Source of the DNA: Podarcis filfolensis
Lineage: Eukaryota
Reading direction: 5' to 3' (one strand)
Length of the DNA: 64,000 nt
Assembly (NCBI GenBank): GCA_964270895.1
Contig: OZ185441.1
Shown in pieces: positions 14,901-28,010 of this stretch. The notes beneath the pieces are model-generated. The model made no database searches, had not been told where the DNA came from, and worked only from the letters and a program-made list of their open reading frames with translations. The first letter of the stretch is position 1, and each line of letters opens with the position of its first letter. Position numbers and translations under genes: made by a program.

Positions 14901-15864
14901 CCATATTCCCAGAACACTGAACCAGCGTAAGGCCTTCCAAAATAAATAGGAATGGTACTACTTTAGTTACTTAAAAGTGAGAGTCTTATAATCTGAACCT
15001 ATAGGCCACAATCCATGGTTATGTGCACAAAGGGGGTTCTATACTCTTGTACGACATTGAGACAGGAGATCCATTTTTTGGCATACATGCCACTTGGTTG
15101 CATAGAACAAAATGAGAAACCTTGGAATGTGTATATGTGATTAGGATCGCAGAGCTGACAGTGCTAATTGTCTGTTTGGTGGTTCATAGGACAGAGCATC
15201 ACATCTGCACCCTAGGATGTAGCTTTACCTAGTAACCACATGGATTAGTATTTTAATTTTTAAAAAGTGTAATTAGAGCCTTCTAGGTTAAGCCAAATGC
15301 ATCCTACATCTTGTTTCTTATGGTCTTAAAGAGTTGCCTATAGGAAGCCCAAAGTTGTGCGTGAGAGCAGTAGGCCTCTCCTACTGTTTCCCAGCAAGTG
15401 ATATTCAGAGACATGCTTCCTCTGATCCTGGATGTAATATATAGTCATCGTGACTAATAAACATTGATTACCTTGCTCTGCATGATCTGTTTAATCCTCT
15501 TAGATAAATGTTTTAGTCTATTCCGTTATGGTTTTAAGTTTCTGTGTTTTAAATTATGGTTGCAATTTTTTTAGTGACAAAGTTACTGTTTTATCTTTTT
15601 TTGTAAACACTTTGAGGTTTGCTTCCTACAATCAAGCAGTATATAAATTATATGAAATAAATAAACAGATAGAAATGAGTGTGATAAACAGTGTTGTTAA
15701 AGCCATATAGTGAAATGGGACTTCATCTCTGTAGGCCACAGAAAAAGAAAAATATATCCATGCATATTAACTTTAAATTATCCAATAAAAACAAGTAATT
15801 CAAACCACTGAAAGATTATTAAATATTAACTGCCTTAATTTCCCATATATGCTTATCAATCTTA

Positions 15865-16014
<150 letters not shown>

Positions 16015-17126
16015 TTAAAAAGAAAAGCCAAAAGTTAACTGCTGAAATCATATGTGGTTACTAGAGAACAAACCTGATTAAACTTAGTGAGACTAACTTC
16101 TCACTAATGTAAAACATACATAGCACTGCACCACACAACTGTATGTTTTATCAGCACCTCATAACGAACACTTTGGGCTCATCTACACTTTTGCTTGACC
16201 CATATTTTGATCGTATTGTGTACTGGTTAATTCCCCTGGGACTGAGAGCCTTTCTCATTGTTCTGCAGCTGTGCCTTGTGAAAACCTGATCTTACCCACT
16301 AAGTCAGATCTTATCAGATGTGCAGAAAATTTGAAGTGAGATTTTGCGTAACTTGATTTTCACTGGATGATTAGAAAAGCTCTTGGACCTGGAGGAATTA
16401 ATCAGTACACAATACAATCTAAATAGTCTGAAACCGATTGGTACTTTTAATGCTCTTTCATAATACAAATGGCAGTAAATTGACCATGAAAAAACTACGA
16501 TGAGGAAGAAAATACAAATATAGAGCTGTACTTTTTTGTAGCTTCAGTTTTGAAGTTGTCAAATGACAAATGAGTAGTGAGAAGGAATAGAAGAGGATCA
16601 GGTTTTGCTGCATCTAATGGGTATATATAATAATGTTAATAATGCATAATTCATTAAGCTGTGCTTGCTCAGTTTTAAATGGAAATTTAAAAAAAGGATT
16701 CTATAGCCAACAATCTACACATTTCTTGCAACCTTGGTTTGTTTCATATGATTACAAAAATTATAATAGGGTTTTGCTTCTAAATTAAACATACCTAACC
16801 GAGCAAATGCTCAATGTCAACCAAATGTTCTTGGCAATGGGAATGACAAACATATTCTATCAAATGATGAGAAATGAATGCAACATAAATGATTACAGAA
16901 CTTATTGCAAAACAAAAAGAATTACCATAGAACTCACTACTATTGGACACCCTTTGTTTTACACATATTTTTGATGTGCAAATAGTAGTAGTAATAATAA
17001 AAATAAAAATTAACCCTTTTGCATTCATATCCTATGGGAATGCAGCTCTTTGGCAAACAGATATTAGATTTAAAAATAATTCTTGTAATTTTTTCGCAAT
17101 CAATATCTTTCACCACTGAAACTCTA

Positions 17127-17330
<204 letters not shown>

Positions 17331-17893
17331 TTACCAAAAGTAAAAAAGTGTATTTTATGACAAATAAAGTGTATTAAACTAAAATCCCAATTTCCATAGG
17401 GCTCCATGGAACCATCACAGATTTTTCTACAAGCAAATCTATTTTGTAAAAGGTTAAAGATTTATAAAATCTGAAGAGAAATCAGAGTATGCAAATCTAT
17501 TTAGAATTACCTGGAAACAACCCAAACAAACTGAAAATATTTTAAAGCAATGTATAGCGGCAGGATGGAACATTGTCCTATATAATTCATTACTTTATTA
17601 TAGAAATATTAATAATAATATATAAATGTTCCAGATATTATCTGAAGCATAATCCAGGCAAAGAAAAAAACTGTAAAATCAGTTTCAGTGGGAGAGATTC
17701 AAACATATGCTTAACTCATCCAATGAAATCACTAGCCAAACTAATCCGTCATTGGATTAATGGAATATATGAACAAAATTATCATATTTGAAATAACATA
17801 TTGGATATATTCAGCAAGTATATACAGTAGCTATATTTCTTACATCAATTTACATATCAATTAATAAATCTGATGATAATAATTTTAAACTTA

Positions 17894-18061
<168 letters not shown>

Positions 18062-18924
18062 CTAAGAGAAAGAATGAAGAAAGTGTGTTACTGTGTAGTT
18101 CACTCATAAGTAAAATGCTTCAGTTCCCAGATACAGCCTTTTCCTACTGCATGGGCTTTTTTTATACTTCCTTCAACATTTTGATCTTACTATCTACGGT
18201 ATCCTTGGTAGATATAGTTGTAAATATAGAATGAATGGATACTATCTTAATTTATGATGGCTAGGAACTAAAGAATAGCACGCTGTTCTAAATATCTAAG
18301 GGGCCACTGAAGTTGTCCTCCCCCCTATGTTACATAGCAAGTTGCTTTTGAAATGGAAGAAACTTTCAGAAGCACTTTATTATTGGGCATGGGGGTCTGC
18401 TGTTCAAAGGAGAAAATGGAAAGTTCTAACTGCCCATAGCCAAACCCTTAGGAATGCCTGAACTAGGTCTTTGGACCTCGGCTCATATTTTCCAACTGAC
18501 AATTACACTAGAATTGTATATCATTCCAGAATATAGGGATGCTATGATCTTCCCAAATTTCAAGCAAATTTCTGAAAACAATACATTTACTTCCACTATA
18601 CTCAAATATATTTAAAACAAACTATATTTCTGTTTTAAAACGTTCAGTGCAAATGAAAGGTGCTTTAAATTAACTAAGTGTTATTGTCTTTTAGTCAGTA
18701 ATTTCAAGCTGATTATTGTAATGGTATAAAATTTAATTTAACAAATTCCCTCCTGACTCTTTTGCTAACTAAAAGTGTCTTGTTTTTATTGAACTTATGT
18801 AAGCACCTCTGGCAGACTTTTTGGCTGAAGAGCAGGATAAAAATGCTTTGAATTGCTATTAACAAAGAAAGCAAATAACAAACAAATAATAAGTTGTATT
18901 TTCAAATAATCAGTGTATTCTTAC

Positions 18925-19053
18925 AATTATATCTATATTTTTATTTGATAACTTGAGATGAGTCGTTTTCCTCAAGTAATGGGCCAAGGACTCATCTCTG
19001 CGATTCTTCTGATTGAGGCTTTTACCAATTAGCTCCAATGTTAGTCGAACCAT
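18925..19053 (-). CDS. PPP1R42: PPP1R42 first coding exon (MVRLTLELIGKSLNQKNRRDESLAHYLRKTTHLKLSNKNIDII); exon starts at 19124 with 71 nt of 5'UTR
   Basis: ATG at 19053 in attATGG context, ATT|gtaaga donor, upstream acceptor ttttattttaag|G at 19125/19124. Confidence 0.92.
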
Positions 19054-19550
19054 AATCTTACAGTGAAGTCAGTTTTTTACTCCAAGAATTCAATATCCAT
19101 GTATTCTTTTTTGTCACACAGGGCCTTAAAATAAAACAAAAAGTTACAAAGTATATTTCAGAGTCATAAAATTATTGTATACTCTTTCTTCAACATTATT
19201 TTCTAGTTACTATTAAATAATTTAATTACAATGAGATTTTCTTCTCATTTTCAGACATTATTAGCCATATTCCTAATAAAGAAAAGATTAATGGTAATAG
19301 ATGTCTTCCCAAATTTTCTATAGACTATTATACTAACATCCTAGCTCTCTCTATATAGAAACAGGACATAGAAGGCTAATTGTGTTTTAATTTTTAAAAT
19401 CTGTATAAAATTGCATATGAATAAAACCATTAGTTTTGAAGGGGAAAAAACATAGTAGTGATCAAGTACTATTTCAGAATAAGCTTTGTTTCTGTTTGAG
19501 ATAAGGACGTCTGCTCAGATGGCACCTGTCATCCAGGATTCTTATAAGTA

Positions 19551-19570
19551 TGTGTGTGTGTGTGTGTGTG
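19551..19570. repeat. (TG)10 microsatellite
   Basis: Read directly from the sequence. Confidence 0.95.
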
Positions 19571-19923
19571 TATTTAATAGGGGCAACATTTTATTCAAAG
19601 CTTTTCAGTCAAGGTTCCGCATGACTTTATAATCCTAACTTGGAATTAAAGTCCTATTAACTATCTTGAATTTGAGTTCCTTTTAAAGGGACTCACTTCC
19701 GGCTGATCACAATTAAGCTGGTAGTCACATAGTGACAATACTGCAAAAATATATATTTATTACAAAAATCCTACTTTAATAAAAGTCCTGGGGCTTCCTC
19801 TTCTTCCTGATCCCCCACCTCACAAAGTATTAGAAAATGCTGATCCCAGAACCTTAGAGCTCCTAACGCCACTGTATATGTGAGAAGATACTCAGAATTG
19901 AGTCAGGTAAGCTCATTTCAGTA

Positions 19924-20163
19924 CAGTGGTACCTTGCTTTATGAACTTAATCCGTTCGGAAGTCCGTTCTTAAACCAAAGTGTTCTTAAACCAAGGCGTG
20001 CTTTCCCATAGCAGTGGGGGATTCAATTTACACTCAACAGGAAGCGGAATATGTTCTGCTTCCAAGACAAAGTTCACAAACCAAAACACCTACTTCTGGG
20101 TTTGCAGCGTTCTTAATTCAAGTTGTTCATAAACTAAGCTGTTCTTAAACCAAGGTACCACTG
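19924..20163. mobile_element. Tigger/pogo-like MITE, about 23-bp TIR CAGTGGTACCTTG.TTTA.GAAC, TA TSD
   Basis: ta|cagtggtaccttgctttatgaac ... gttcttaaaccaaggtaccactg|ta. Confidence 0.88.
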
Positions 20164-21329
20164 TACTGGCAAATCTGATGAATGCAAAGATTCATATCAC
20201 TATGATATTTTTAAAATCTGAAAACCTTTCATTAAATTGGAATGCTTTTTACACAGAAATGCCTCTAGAATATGGAATTCTAGGACCTTTTAAAAACAAG
20301 TATAGTGCTATATTGTGTTCATCTTGATCCAGGGACAATCCTCATATAACAGTTGTGAGAAAGATGTCCTATTGATATGGGCAAGAAATAAATTACTGCT
20401 GTTCACTACTTCTAAATTAAAATGATCTGTAGAAATACCAGTGCTTGACAAGTAGAAAAGGCCCAGGAAATGGAACAGCACTGCTAGTAGCAAGATGGAA
20501 CTTCAACCACTTTTTTATGTTTAAGGGTCAAATGAATTTGAACTCTTTTTCAAATTTCAAAATGTGTAATGGGCACGATGATTAAGCAAGGGCATAACCA
20601 GGGGGCTGAGCTGTCCCCTCAAATCAAGTACATATATAAAAATACTTACCTGCGACACAATTGGTCAGTTAGTTAACTCAGTTCTCTGCCCCCCTAACAT
20701 AAAGCCTGCCCCGCCTAAAATAAATTCTGGCTTCGCCCATGGTTCTCTGGTTTACCCTTTGTATAGGGGTTATTCAGGGAATGAAAGATGGTCTTTACAA
20801 TACCAATGCTTCTAGCTGAAAGGGTGGGGGAGAATCACATTTTCCCAGCTGCAAAATATTGCAGCCTGACCATAAATTTTGGGTAAGAGGCAATACCCAG
20901 AAACACCCTTTTCTGGAAAGATGTCTTGAATCCCACAGAACAAACCAATGCCTCTTCCTGTTTTGCAGGGGTCAGATTAAATGATTTTGGGGGTCCCGAC
21001 TCCCTTACAATTCTGCGATGTGTCAGGCAGGGACACTTCAATTTACTGTTATGCGTGGTGGTAGCGCTGGAATCATCTTGGCTATTAAAAACTGCTGAAA
21101 CCATGCATGGGCGTAGCCAGGATTTTTGTTGGGGGAGGGAGAGGCTTTTGTTGGGGGGGGCAGAATCTCAGATTTGTATTGATTTGTATTCTTTTGCGGG
21201 CAGCTGCCCCCCCCCCCAGCTACACCCATGCATATAGATAGAAGAGTGGGGGAGATGGCAAAAGAAGCACTAGCGTATCTGCCTGCATCCCGCTCTCCAA
21301 TCGCTTTTCTCTCTGCTCATCAGATCGAG

Positions 21330-22160
21330 CCCAGACGGGGGAAATAAAAGTGTCGGAAGGGATAGATTGCCAAGGGGTGGGGGGCAGTTTCTACACACAA
21401 ACCACACTTGATACGGGCTCCTCAGAAGGACTTTCGTCTCCCTTCGGACGAAGTGTGGAAAGGGGCTAACGCGCCTACGCTAGCAAATTATATGATGTCT
21501 CAAGAAGGCGCCTGGGCCGTCGAAGCCCCGCTATTCACCGTCCCGACGCACACGGGTCTCCTTCCCCACTCACACGAACTCCGCGCCCTTCTGCCCAGCG
21601 CTTCCCCACAACCTCTTTCCCCGCCAAGCGACAGGTAAGGGGACGGGTCGCAGCAGGGCGCGCGCGAACACAGGCAAAGAGGCTTCGCCGCCACGGACGG
21701 AGACGCCAAGCGCGTTGCTATGGAGGCAGAAAAGGTCGCCTATCCAAACACTTCCGCGGGCAACGGGAGGCGCAAGAGCGCACCTACGACCCGCGCAGCG
21801 AAGCGCGCTCCCGAGTCGCGGTCGAAGCGGGGAAAGGAGCCGGGAGGAGGAAGAAGGTAAGGGTTTGCGCACGCGCAATTTCGTGTCTGCTCGGCGCGCT
21901 CGCCGCCTAGCAATTGCCTATTGTCGGGGCTTCTGCCGGCGAGTTGAATGCCGCTGACGTTCGAAACGGCGCGCGCAGCTGAGTTCGCGCGGCTACCTCA
22001 CAAAGGGGACTTGATTCCATTTTTTGTGTGTGAGACGTATCGTTTAACGGCCGAATCCCCCCCCCCACCCGCTTTGTTAAAGATATAGGGAATATATAAT
22101 AAAAATGAACACACATTTTTAATGCAATTCTAAATTGTTCGGGCGACGACGTCGTCAATA
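21330..22160. promoter_or_regulatory. PPP1R42: CpG island, probable PPP1R42 promoter and non-coding first exon (candidate donor CGT|GTGAGT at 21574/21573 on minus)
   Basis: Abrupt GC- and CpG-rich block in AT-rich DNA, about 2.4 kb upstream of the first coding exon; exon 1 limits uncertain. Confidence 0.75.
21714..21727. promoter_or_regulatory. RFX X-box-like motif GTTGCTATGGAGGC
   Basis: Partial match to the GTTGCYATGGNAAC X-box within the CpG island; right half-site degenerate. Confidence 0.45.
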
Positions 22161-23010
22161 GGGAAAAATAATATTATACCGTACTTCCAAGAGGTAGACT
22201 TTCTTTTTTACTGTTTTGGGGTTCATTTTGAATCTGCCCCGTCCCAAACCTCGGGGTTTGGAGCTTCTTTTCCGCGCAGTACTATTACTGAAGACTGATA
22301 ATAAACCCGCCGTTCTTCTCGTGGACCTTCTGGATTATTTTCCTCAGCTAATGTTTCATCTGTTGTCGAGATGATTGGTTTAGCCAGCCAAAGCTGAGCA
22401 CTCCCTTTTGGGAGAGCTGTGAAGTGAATTCCTGTGCATGTTTGCTTGGAAGTGCCATTCATTTCAATGAGTCTGAGGTGGGCTTCTTTCTCCTTAGCAT
22501 CTCGTTGGCCGCTGAGGACATCTGTTATGAACTTTGCAGGTAAACTTTTGCTTCAGCTGCTCCATTTAAGATTGCAGGCAGGAACTCTTAATTTGAAGGA
22601 AGGAAGAGTTCTAGCCTTCCCCATGCTGTATCTGTGCATTGTTTTTTTAACCGGACACCTCCAACTGCATTGTGAAATGGCACACTCCATACAAGGCTAT
22701 ACCACCATCTAAGTAAAAAATGGAATTCTTCATTCTGCTTCTTTCTTAACCCATCCATTTGGCTGATCAGAGGAAAATGGTATAATGTTAATGTATTGCA
22801 GTTGCTAGAACAGTGTATATAAAATTCCCAGGCCACCTTAGCAACTGCAGTATTAAGGTGGACAAGAAAAAAAGGCTTTTCTAGAGTAAAATGCCTTTGT
22901 GTAATCAGGATTCATCATGGGCAGAGGAGTGACATTATTTTTTATGCACCCCCCTTAATGCTATACACGACATCATAAACGGTAGTGACAATACACCAGG
23001 AACACAATAA

Positions 23011-23115
23011 AAAGGTAAAGGGACCCCTGACCATTAGGTCCAGTCATGACCGACTCTGGGGTTGCGGCGCTCATCTTGCTTTATTGGCTGAGGGAGCAGG
23101 CGTACAGCTTCCAGG
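23011..23115 (-). mobile_element. Sauria-type SINE, 3' fragment
   Basis: aaaggtaaagggacccctgaccattaggtccagt... (reverse of the ACCTTT tail); near identical to the copy at 48666. Confidence 0.85.
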
Positions 23116-25304
23116 TGTAATGGAAGGGATTACTTGGGATGGGATGACAGGTTGCACCAGGAGTTTCCTGTTTTTTAAACATTTGGGGAAACCATGCAGT
23201 TATTCCCAGTGGTGAAGGAGTCTACAAGGGAGTTATTTTTTAAAGTCCATAAGCTTGTATGGCACTGCTGCAGCTGGAAATGGATAGCTGGTGATCCTAA
23301 CAATGGAATCATTCATCTAAAGTTTATGAAGCCATAATAAATTTGTAATGGCATTTTCACAGTGACGATACATTAAAATTTGAATGCTCGGAAAAAGTAA
23401 TATGGAGGACGAAATCTTGATCTTCTGCGACAAATAAGTAACAATTGTGTATTACTTTGTGAAACATGCTACAAAATGAACCAAAAGGGCTAAGATGGTT
23501 GGGGACCCTCCAGCCCACGGAACAAATCTATGCAGCTTTCCGGACATATAATCATAGTGGACCCAATCCTAAAAACAGTTTTTGCATGAAGAAATCCCAT
23601 TTAAGTTAATGAAACATAAATGTGCTTAATTGTCACTGGCCTCGGTTCTGTGCTGTTATAAGAGCACATGTTCCCTAATGAGTTTTTGAGTTATCCAAGA
23701 TGAGCTTCAACATTTCCATTTCTTCCTAGCATTTGGCAGGATCTATAAAACTTTTAAATCTTCCAAGTTTGGAAGTTCATTTGCCTACTTATCAAATGAC
23801 AGAAAATATTACAATATAAACTTATTCCTGTATTTCAGTTTGCAATCAAAACTGACTGTGCCCCAAAGGTTCTTGTTCTGGGAAATATATCCCCCTTTAA
23901 AAAGGGCTTTTATATTATTAAACTTAATTTTAGCCTTACCTTGCCCTCAGACCTTTGACTTGTTTGTAGCTGTAGTTTTTGCAGGTGTCTAAAGCTGTCT
24001 CTGTTACTAATTCAGTTAAAAATACATTATGTGAGGTTTAAGAGAAAATATTTGTTCATCAAGATTTGAAATAAGATTCTAATCTACTGGCATAGAACAC
24101 TGAAATATTGTCTGTGTATTTTCAGGGTGTCAGAATACAAAAAGACTTTGTCTTTGAGAAACTTCATAAAGTAAATTATATATATATGGTTGGTTAGTTA
24201 GTTAGTTAGTTCACTATCAAGGTACAATTATATCAGACAGACCCAATGTCAGCCTTTGGCATTCTGGGGCAGCTGCTGAAGTCCACGACTTTTTAGGGGC
24301 CTGCAGTATGTAGGTATGGAGAGAAGAGAGGAAGAGAGACTGTTTATCTGAGAAGCCCTGGATGGCTCTACCTGAGCTGCTATATTAATTTCTCACAATG
24401 CCCCTGACATAGCATCATTTGGGGACATGGTGGGAAATTAAAATAGTGGCTATTCTCAGTCACCCCGTGCTGCTCGGAATAGTCTGGCTTGTTGCTGCTA
24501 GGTAAGTTTTAGAGGACACACCCAGAGGTCACGTTACCAGCACGTTCTCAAACCTTGAGCCACTTCTGACAGCAGATGCCTTTGACAATACTACTTCTAG
24601 CTCTTGTGAGGCACCTGGTCATGCAAAGACTGTTGCATTGTGAGGACAGAGAGATAAAGCCAAGGCAGAATTGCTTTGCTACCTCTGTGCGTGGATTTTT
24701 ATGCTCACAGGAGCTGCAGAGATCAGTTCAAAACTTCATCACACACAAATGGCCTTGGAAGATGGGTTTGATGCTCTTCTTTCCAGGCATAGGATCTCCC
24801 TCCCACCATTTCTGGCTGAAAGTTTGCCCAAGGTCATCCAGGAAGTTCAGTGCTTAAGATGGATTGGAACCTATCCAACACTAGCCACTAATGGGGGGGG
24901 GGGGTTCCAACTCTACAGTTCTATGATTCTATGGTGCCCTGACTGCCTGCTACTCCAATCAGTTTTGCATGGTTGCTGAGTTGAGTGGCTGCTGCAGGAT
25001 TGCAAAATCTAGACTAGCACTGTAGGAGGCTGTACTACAACCAGGTTTTCCCAGCAATGTATGTGAAAAGGACCCAAAGCTACTTCTCTATAATTTGGCC
25101 CAACTCAGTGCAGACAATGCAGGCAATAAACACTAAGATCAAATCAGCTTCAAATCAGCCCCACTATCCATACAACCTTACTTTCTGATAATTGCTTTTG
25201 CTTATAAAATTCATGCCACTATAAACTGGTTTGCTGCCAAAAAGGTACAATCTAACAAAAATTAAACACTTTAAAGTTCTATTGGGTGTGTTAAATATTG
25301 TTCT

Positions 25305-25772
25305 ATTGGGGAGGATGTGGCCCATTTGGATCCCTTCCAACTGGGATTCAGGCCTCACCACGGGACTGAAACTGCCTTTGTCACACTGGTCGATGATCTC
25401 CGGCGGGCTAGGGACAAAGGTGAGAGCTGTTTCCTAGTTCTGCTGGATCTCTCGGTGGCTTTTGATACCATCAACCACAATATCCTTCTGGACTGTCTTG
25501 AGGGGCTGGGAGCTGGGGGCTGTGTTATACAGTGGTTCTGCTCCTTTCTCCTGGGCCATGTCCAGAAAGTGGTGGGGGGGATGAGTGTTCAGACCCCTGG
25601 GTTCACGCTTGTGGGGTGCTTCAAGGTTCCGTCCTCTCCCCCATGCTTTTTAACATCTACATGAAGCTGCTTGGAGAGATCATCAGGGGGTTTGGGTTGG
25701 GTGTTCATCAATATGCAGATGATACCCAGCTCTACCTCTATTTTAAATCAGAACCAGTTAAGGCAGTGAAAT
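25305..25772 (+). mobile_element. L2-clade LINE reverse transcriptase fragment
   Basis: LDPFQLGFRPHHGTETAFVTLVDDL..LVLLDLSVAFDTINH and [26 protein letters not shown] in overlapping frames. Confidence 0.92.
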
Positions 25773-27140
25773 GGGCACATACACCAAATGAGATAAATGT
25801 CACAATTCAATGTTTACTTTACATAAACACACATTACTTTTAATAAATAAAGTGTTTAGCTCTTAATATCTATTGAAAATCAACATTTGTTAGGATAATT
25901 CATAGTGGGCACAGTGAGTTTTCAAGAAGGCACCACATTGTAAACATTCCCCTCCCATTCCTGTTCTTATTGAACACAGCGAAACACTAGCATCCAGCAA
26001 ACACCTTTCTTTCACAACAAGCAGTAAAACTGCATTAGTTTAAATGTATTCGTTTAAATCCAAATTCAAGTGATACATCAAATGAATGACTGTTACTTTC
26101 AACAACTGGGGAAAATGCAGATGGTTATAATCACAAAAGACTGCATGCAACGCATATATTAATTTCCTTTTTAATAGTAGTGCCATTGCTGTTATACATA
26201 AGTGCTAAGGTAACTGAGTCTAAAATAAACAGAGAAATTTACACAGGAAATGATAGATGAATTACATAGGAGTTGAATGTAGACTTCAGTAAAAATGAAG
26301 GTTTCTAAAACAATTTAATTTCCTCTCAAAGGGTTCATGCACTTCCTCTCCGTTATGATCCAAAGCTGTATTCTCATACATTATTTTACATAGTGCATGT
26401 CCCAAATTAGCTCATCTTTATTCATATGAAACTGCCTCGATTACTTGGGCTTCCCTGCTAATGCCTATACTGTATATGATGTGCATACTACTGGACATTG
26501 GCTGTGACATGTTACAGTTTGAAGTACAGGAGCTCTCATGTCAAACCCCATAGTCACACCCTAAAGCAGTCCATATCCATGGCTCCTAAGAGAATAAAAA
26601 ATACAGTAAGCTGTACTAATATTTCCAAAAAAGCAGCAATACATAGCACAATACCCATTTTATTGGTATTTCATGGATGTTGGACTATGATGCTGGACTA
26701 AGACTGTGAAGATTTGTGTTTATATCCGTGATCAGTCATGAAGTTTGCAGAGTGAGCTTGGGTCAGTCACTGAGTCTAGCCTATCTAACCAAAATGTGCT
26801 AGACCCAAATAGGGATGCAGAAAAGGGAGGTATGGGGAAGTCGTTGAAACAAGGTTCAAGAAAGAGAGGTTAAGAAATTATATGTGTTTATATGTTTGTT
26901 TGTTTGTTTGTGTGTTGTTAGTTGTCAGTTGTATTGTGTTTTAACATATGTTGGAAAATCAATAAAAATTTATTAAAAAAACAACACCCAAAACGTGCTA
27001 GACCCACCATCCAAGCTTACACCACTGACAAATACTTTGTTAGCAGAATATGTCATCACTTCTCTCATGAAAAGGTACTGGAGATGTCTTGCTGATGTTC
27101 CTACGCCACTACATTACTGAATGTAAGGTTATTAGTGGCT

Positions 27141-27164
27141 GCGCGCGCACACACACACACACAC
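27141..27164. repeat. (GC)4(AC)8 alternating purine-pyrimidine tract
   Basis: gcgcgcgcacacacacacacacac. Confidence 0.9.
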
Positions 27165-27739
27165 AAAATTAAAAATAGGAAGAGCACAGAAGGTGCAAAG
27201 TGCATTTTTGTGAGTGCAGGTCTTTGAAGGGTATTCCACAAGAGCCTTTCCAGCTTGGTATCATTCAGATGTTTTGGATTACAACTCTCACCAACCTTAA
27301 CCAGTATTTAAAAACACACAGAGACATTTTCCTAGACCCCTGACAATTTTATAATAAAATTAACAATTCATTTGTCTCCATTATGAATGATGAAAGAATA
27401 GGGACCAAAACTAAACCACTTTCTTTGTTAATATGACTGAAAAATGTGAATGTAGTTAATCAAAATGTGCCCTGAAGGATTTTTTTGCCTTCCATTTTAT
27501 TAGGTCATTTCAAAGTTCAGCATAATAGTGCTTAACTCCAAAATAAATATGAATGCTGCTTAGCTTACAAGAGGCTCCCCAATGTTGGTTGTCCCTATGC
27601 CTCGGCAAAAAAAAAATAGATCTACAGTCAAGCCATTAATCATTGATATGATCAAATACAGTTCAGCAATTTCTTTCTTCCAAGTACTTAAAACAAGTTG
27701 TTATCAAGCTCATTTTGATACATTTGTATCAAATATTTT

Positions 27740-28010
27740 ATTTATTATTTGATTTATATTCTAACCCTTAACAAGTTCCCAGGGCAGCTTACAAAAGAAT
27801 TAAAATTACAAACAAAACATACTAAAGCAAAAATATTAAAACAACATTCAAACATCACAGTATAAAAGAGCAATATAGAAGAAGCAGAGTTATCAAACAC
27901 CAAACAGCTTAAAAGCAACAATTAAAAAGCCTGGGAAAATAAAATGGTCTTTGGCTGGTGCTGAAATGCCGTCCAGTTTGGCACTAGAAGAGCCTTCTGA
28001 ATAAAACATT
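27740..28010 (-). mobile_element. LINE (L2-like) 3' end relic
   Basis: tttattattttgatttatattct..cccagggcagcttacaa..aaaagcctgggaaaataaaatggtcttt pattern; boundaries approximate. Confidence 0.5.

Noticed and set aside
21930-22000. tRNA gene around the GTTCGAAAC motif
   Set aside because: No cloverleaf, correctly spaced A box or oligo-T terminator
25317-25843. Reverse transcriptase ORFs as an active or domesticated gene
   Set aside because: Short, frameshifted, truncated at both ends; ordinary L2 relic
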